The notes under the pieces: generated by a model
Told to the model about the DNA's origin: nothing
Seen by the model: the letters and a program-made list of their open reading frames with translations, nothing else
Databases searched by the model: none
Translations under genes and position numbers: made by a program
Source: Candidatus Omnitrophota bacterium
GTDB lineage: Bacteria; Omnitrophota; Gorgyraeia; Duberdicusellales; 4484-171
Length of the DNA: 64,000 nt
Assembly (NCBI GenBank): GCA_041652815.1
Contig: JBAZGN010000001.1
Location: forward strand, 33,363 to 97,362
Reading direction: 5' to 3'
In this document: positions 62,933 through 64,000 of the stretch, piece by piece
Layout of the letters: every line of letters starts with the position of its first letter
Numbering within the stretch: position 1 is the first letter of the stretch

Positions 62933-63745
62933 TTATAAGCCAAATATTTCTCCGATTCCTATATCTTCCTTAAAAAAATCAATCGGCCCGGTGGGCCTGC
63001 CGTTTATAAATTGCTGGATATAAGGATTTTGCGAGCTGCGCAATTCATCGGGTGTAGTAATGTCTATGATTCTACCCTTATGAATCATTGCAACTCTATC
63101 TGCAATATTAAAAACACTTTGCATATCGTGGGTTATAACTACGGAAGTAATCAGGAGTTTTTCGCTAAGCTCTTTTATCAACTTATCAATAACTCCGCCA
63201 ACAACCGGATCAAGCCCGGAAGTCGGTTCATCGTAAAAAACTATATCCGGGTCAAGTGCAATTGCCCTTGCCAGGCCAACACGCTTACGCATGCCTCCTG
63301 AAATCTGGGAAGGATAATATTTCTCATAGCCGCGTAACCCCACCAATGAAAGTTTCATTTTTATAATTATATCTATAATTTCCTGCGCAAGGCTGGTGTG
63401 TTCTTTAAGCGGCAATGAAACATTTTCTTCAACCGTTAATGAATCAAGGAGCGCGGAATACTGAAAAAGCATCCCGAATGATTTCCTGACTTCATCCAAT
63501 TCTTCACCGCTAATTTTGGATATATCTTTGCCTTTAACAAAAATATTCCCCTCTTCGGGCTTAAGGATTCCGGTCATAAGCCGAAGAAGAGTGCTTTTAC
63601 CCGAACCCGAGCAGCCCATGATAACGAAGGTTTCTCCGCGAAAAATATCAAAACTTACATTATCTATAGTCTTGTTTCCATAGAAATATTTGGAAACATT
63701 TTTAAAGGAAATTATCGGCTCAGCTTTGGAATCTTTTTTTATCAT
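62933..63745 (-). CDS. mlaF: ABC transporter ATP-binding protein MlaF
   Basis: Walker A GCSGSGKST, ABC signature, Walker B; start at MIKKDSK overlapping the mlaE stop (ATGA). Confidence 0.8.
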   Translation of the reverse strand: MIKKDSKAEPIISFKNVSKYFYGNKTIDNVSFDIFRGETFVIMGCSGSGKSTLLRLMTGILKPEEGNIFVKGKDISKISGEELDEVRKSFGMLFQYSALLDSLTVEENVSLPLKEHTSLAQEIIDIIIKMKLSLVGLRGYEKYYPSQISGGMRKRVGLARAIALDPDIVFYDEPTSGLDPVVGGVIDKLIKELSEKLLITSVVITHDMQSVFNIADRVAMIHKGRIIDITTPDELRSSQNPYIQQFINGRPTGPIDFFKEDIGIGEIFGL

Positions 63746-64000
63746 AGCTTGGAAAAATAAAATATGGATGTAACAATGCAATCCGCAAGTATTATAAGTA
63801 TAAAACTTATAACTACGCTTCTTGTCGTAGCCCTGCCTACACCTTCTGCCCCGCCTTTTGTATTTAGGCCCTCAAAACAGCCAATCAGCGCTATTATTAT
63901 AGCAAACACAAAAGATTTGGTAATACCTGTATAAATATCCTTTATTTCAAGATATTTGAAAGTGGTTTGTATATATAAATCTGGATTAATGTTTAAGCTA
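63742..64000 (-). CDS. mlaE: MlaE permease, C-terminal fragment (runs off the window)
   Basis: Manual translation ...VFAIIIALIGCFEGLNTKGGAEGVGRATTRSVVISFILIILADCIVTSIFYFSKL* matches the conserved MlaE C-terminus. Confidence 0.6.
   Translation of the reverse strand, partial: SLNINPDLYIQTTFKYLEIKDIYTGITKSFVFAIIIALIGCFEGLNTKGGAEGVGRATTRSVVISFILIILADCIVTSIFYFSKL

Noticed and set aside
1-64000. tRNA or rRNA genes
   Set aside because: No cloverleaf-compatible 70-90 nt segments with GTTC/TpsiC-loop and anticodon-stem features were seen in intergenic regions, and there is no rRNA-like conserved block; coding density is high throughout.

Overview
This window is a low-GC (roughly 38-40%) bacterial chromosomal segment with almost every gene on the minus strand; it likely comes from an anaerobe, and I found no rRNA, tRNA or CRISPR array. 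Four things stand out.

1. **Pilus locus (1-14.5 kb).** A Tad/Flp-type pilus locus holds the CpaB and CpaC homologues, a fused TadZ-TadA ATPase and a second short CpaF ATPase. Downstream sits a run of at least 12 small prepilin-like genes, three of them below the ORF-track cutoff. A structured leader with an intrinsic terminator sits in front of the pilin array.

2. **Tandem duplication (14.6-28.0 kb).** A perfect 6,693-bp segment is present twice in tandem. It carries a PrsA-like foldase, a candidate protein-only RNase P (HARP), a UvrD-family helicase, an ECF sigma/anti-sigma pair, folE and a GxxExxY-family gene. Its junctions fall inside a 'gcggat'-type palindromic element, and the GxxExxY-family gene sits between that element's inverted arms.

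3. **Housekeeping and redox genes (28-64 kb).** This stretch carries mnmE, folC, purH, an EF-G paralog, queA, a GGDEF cyclase, smc, etfAB, purC, pckG, a block of oxygen-stress genes (trxB, glutaredoxin, rubrerythrin-like, flavodiiron, rubredoxin, a Tpx-PCD fusion) and mlaFED.

4. **Intergenic palindromes.** Nearly every intergenic region holds a long imperfect palindrome built from short tandem units, in several dispersed families, and matching units occur in-frame inside mnmE and folC.
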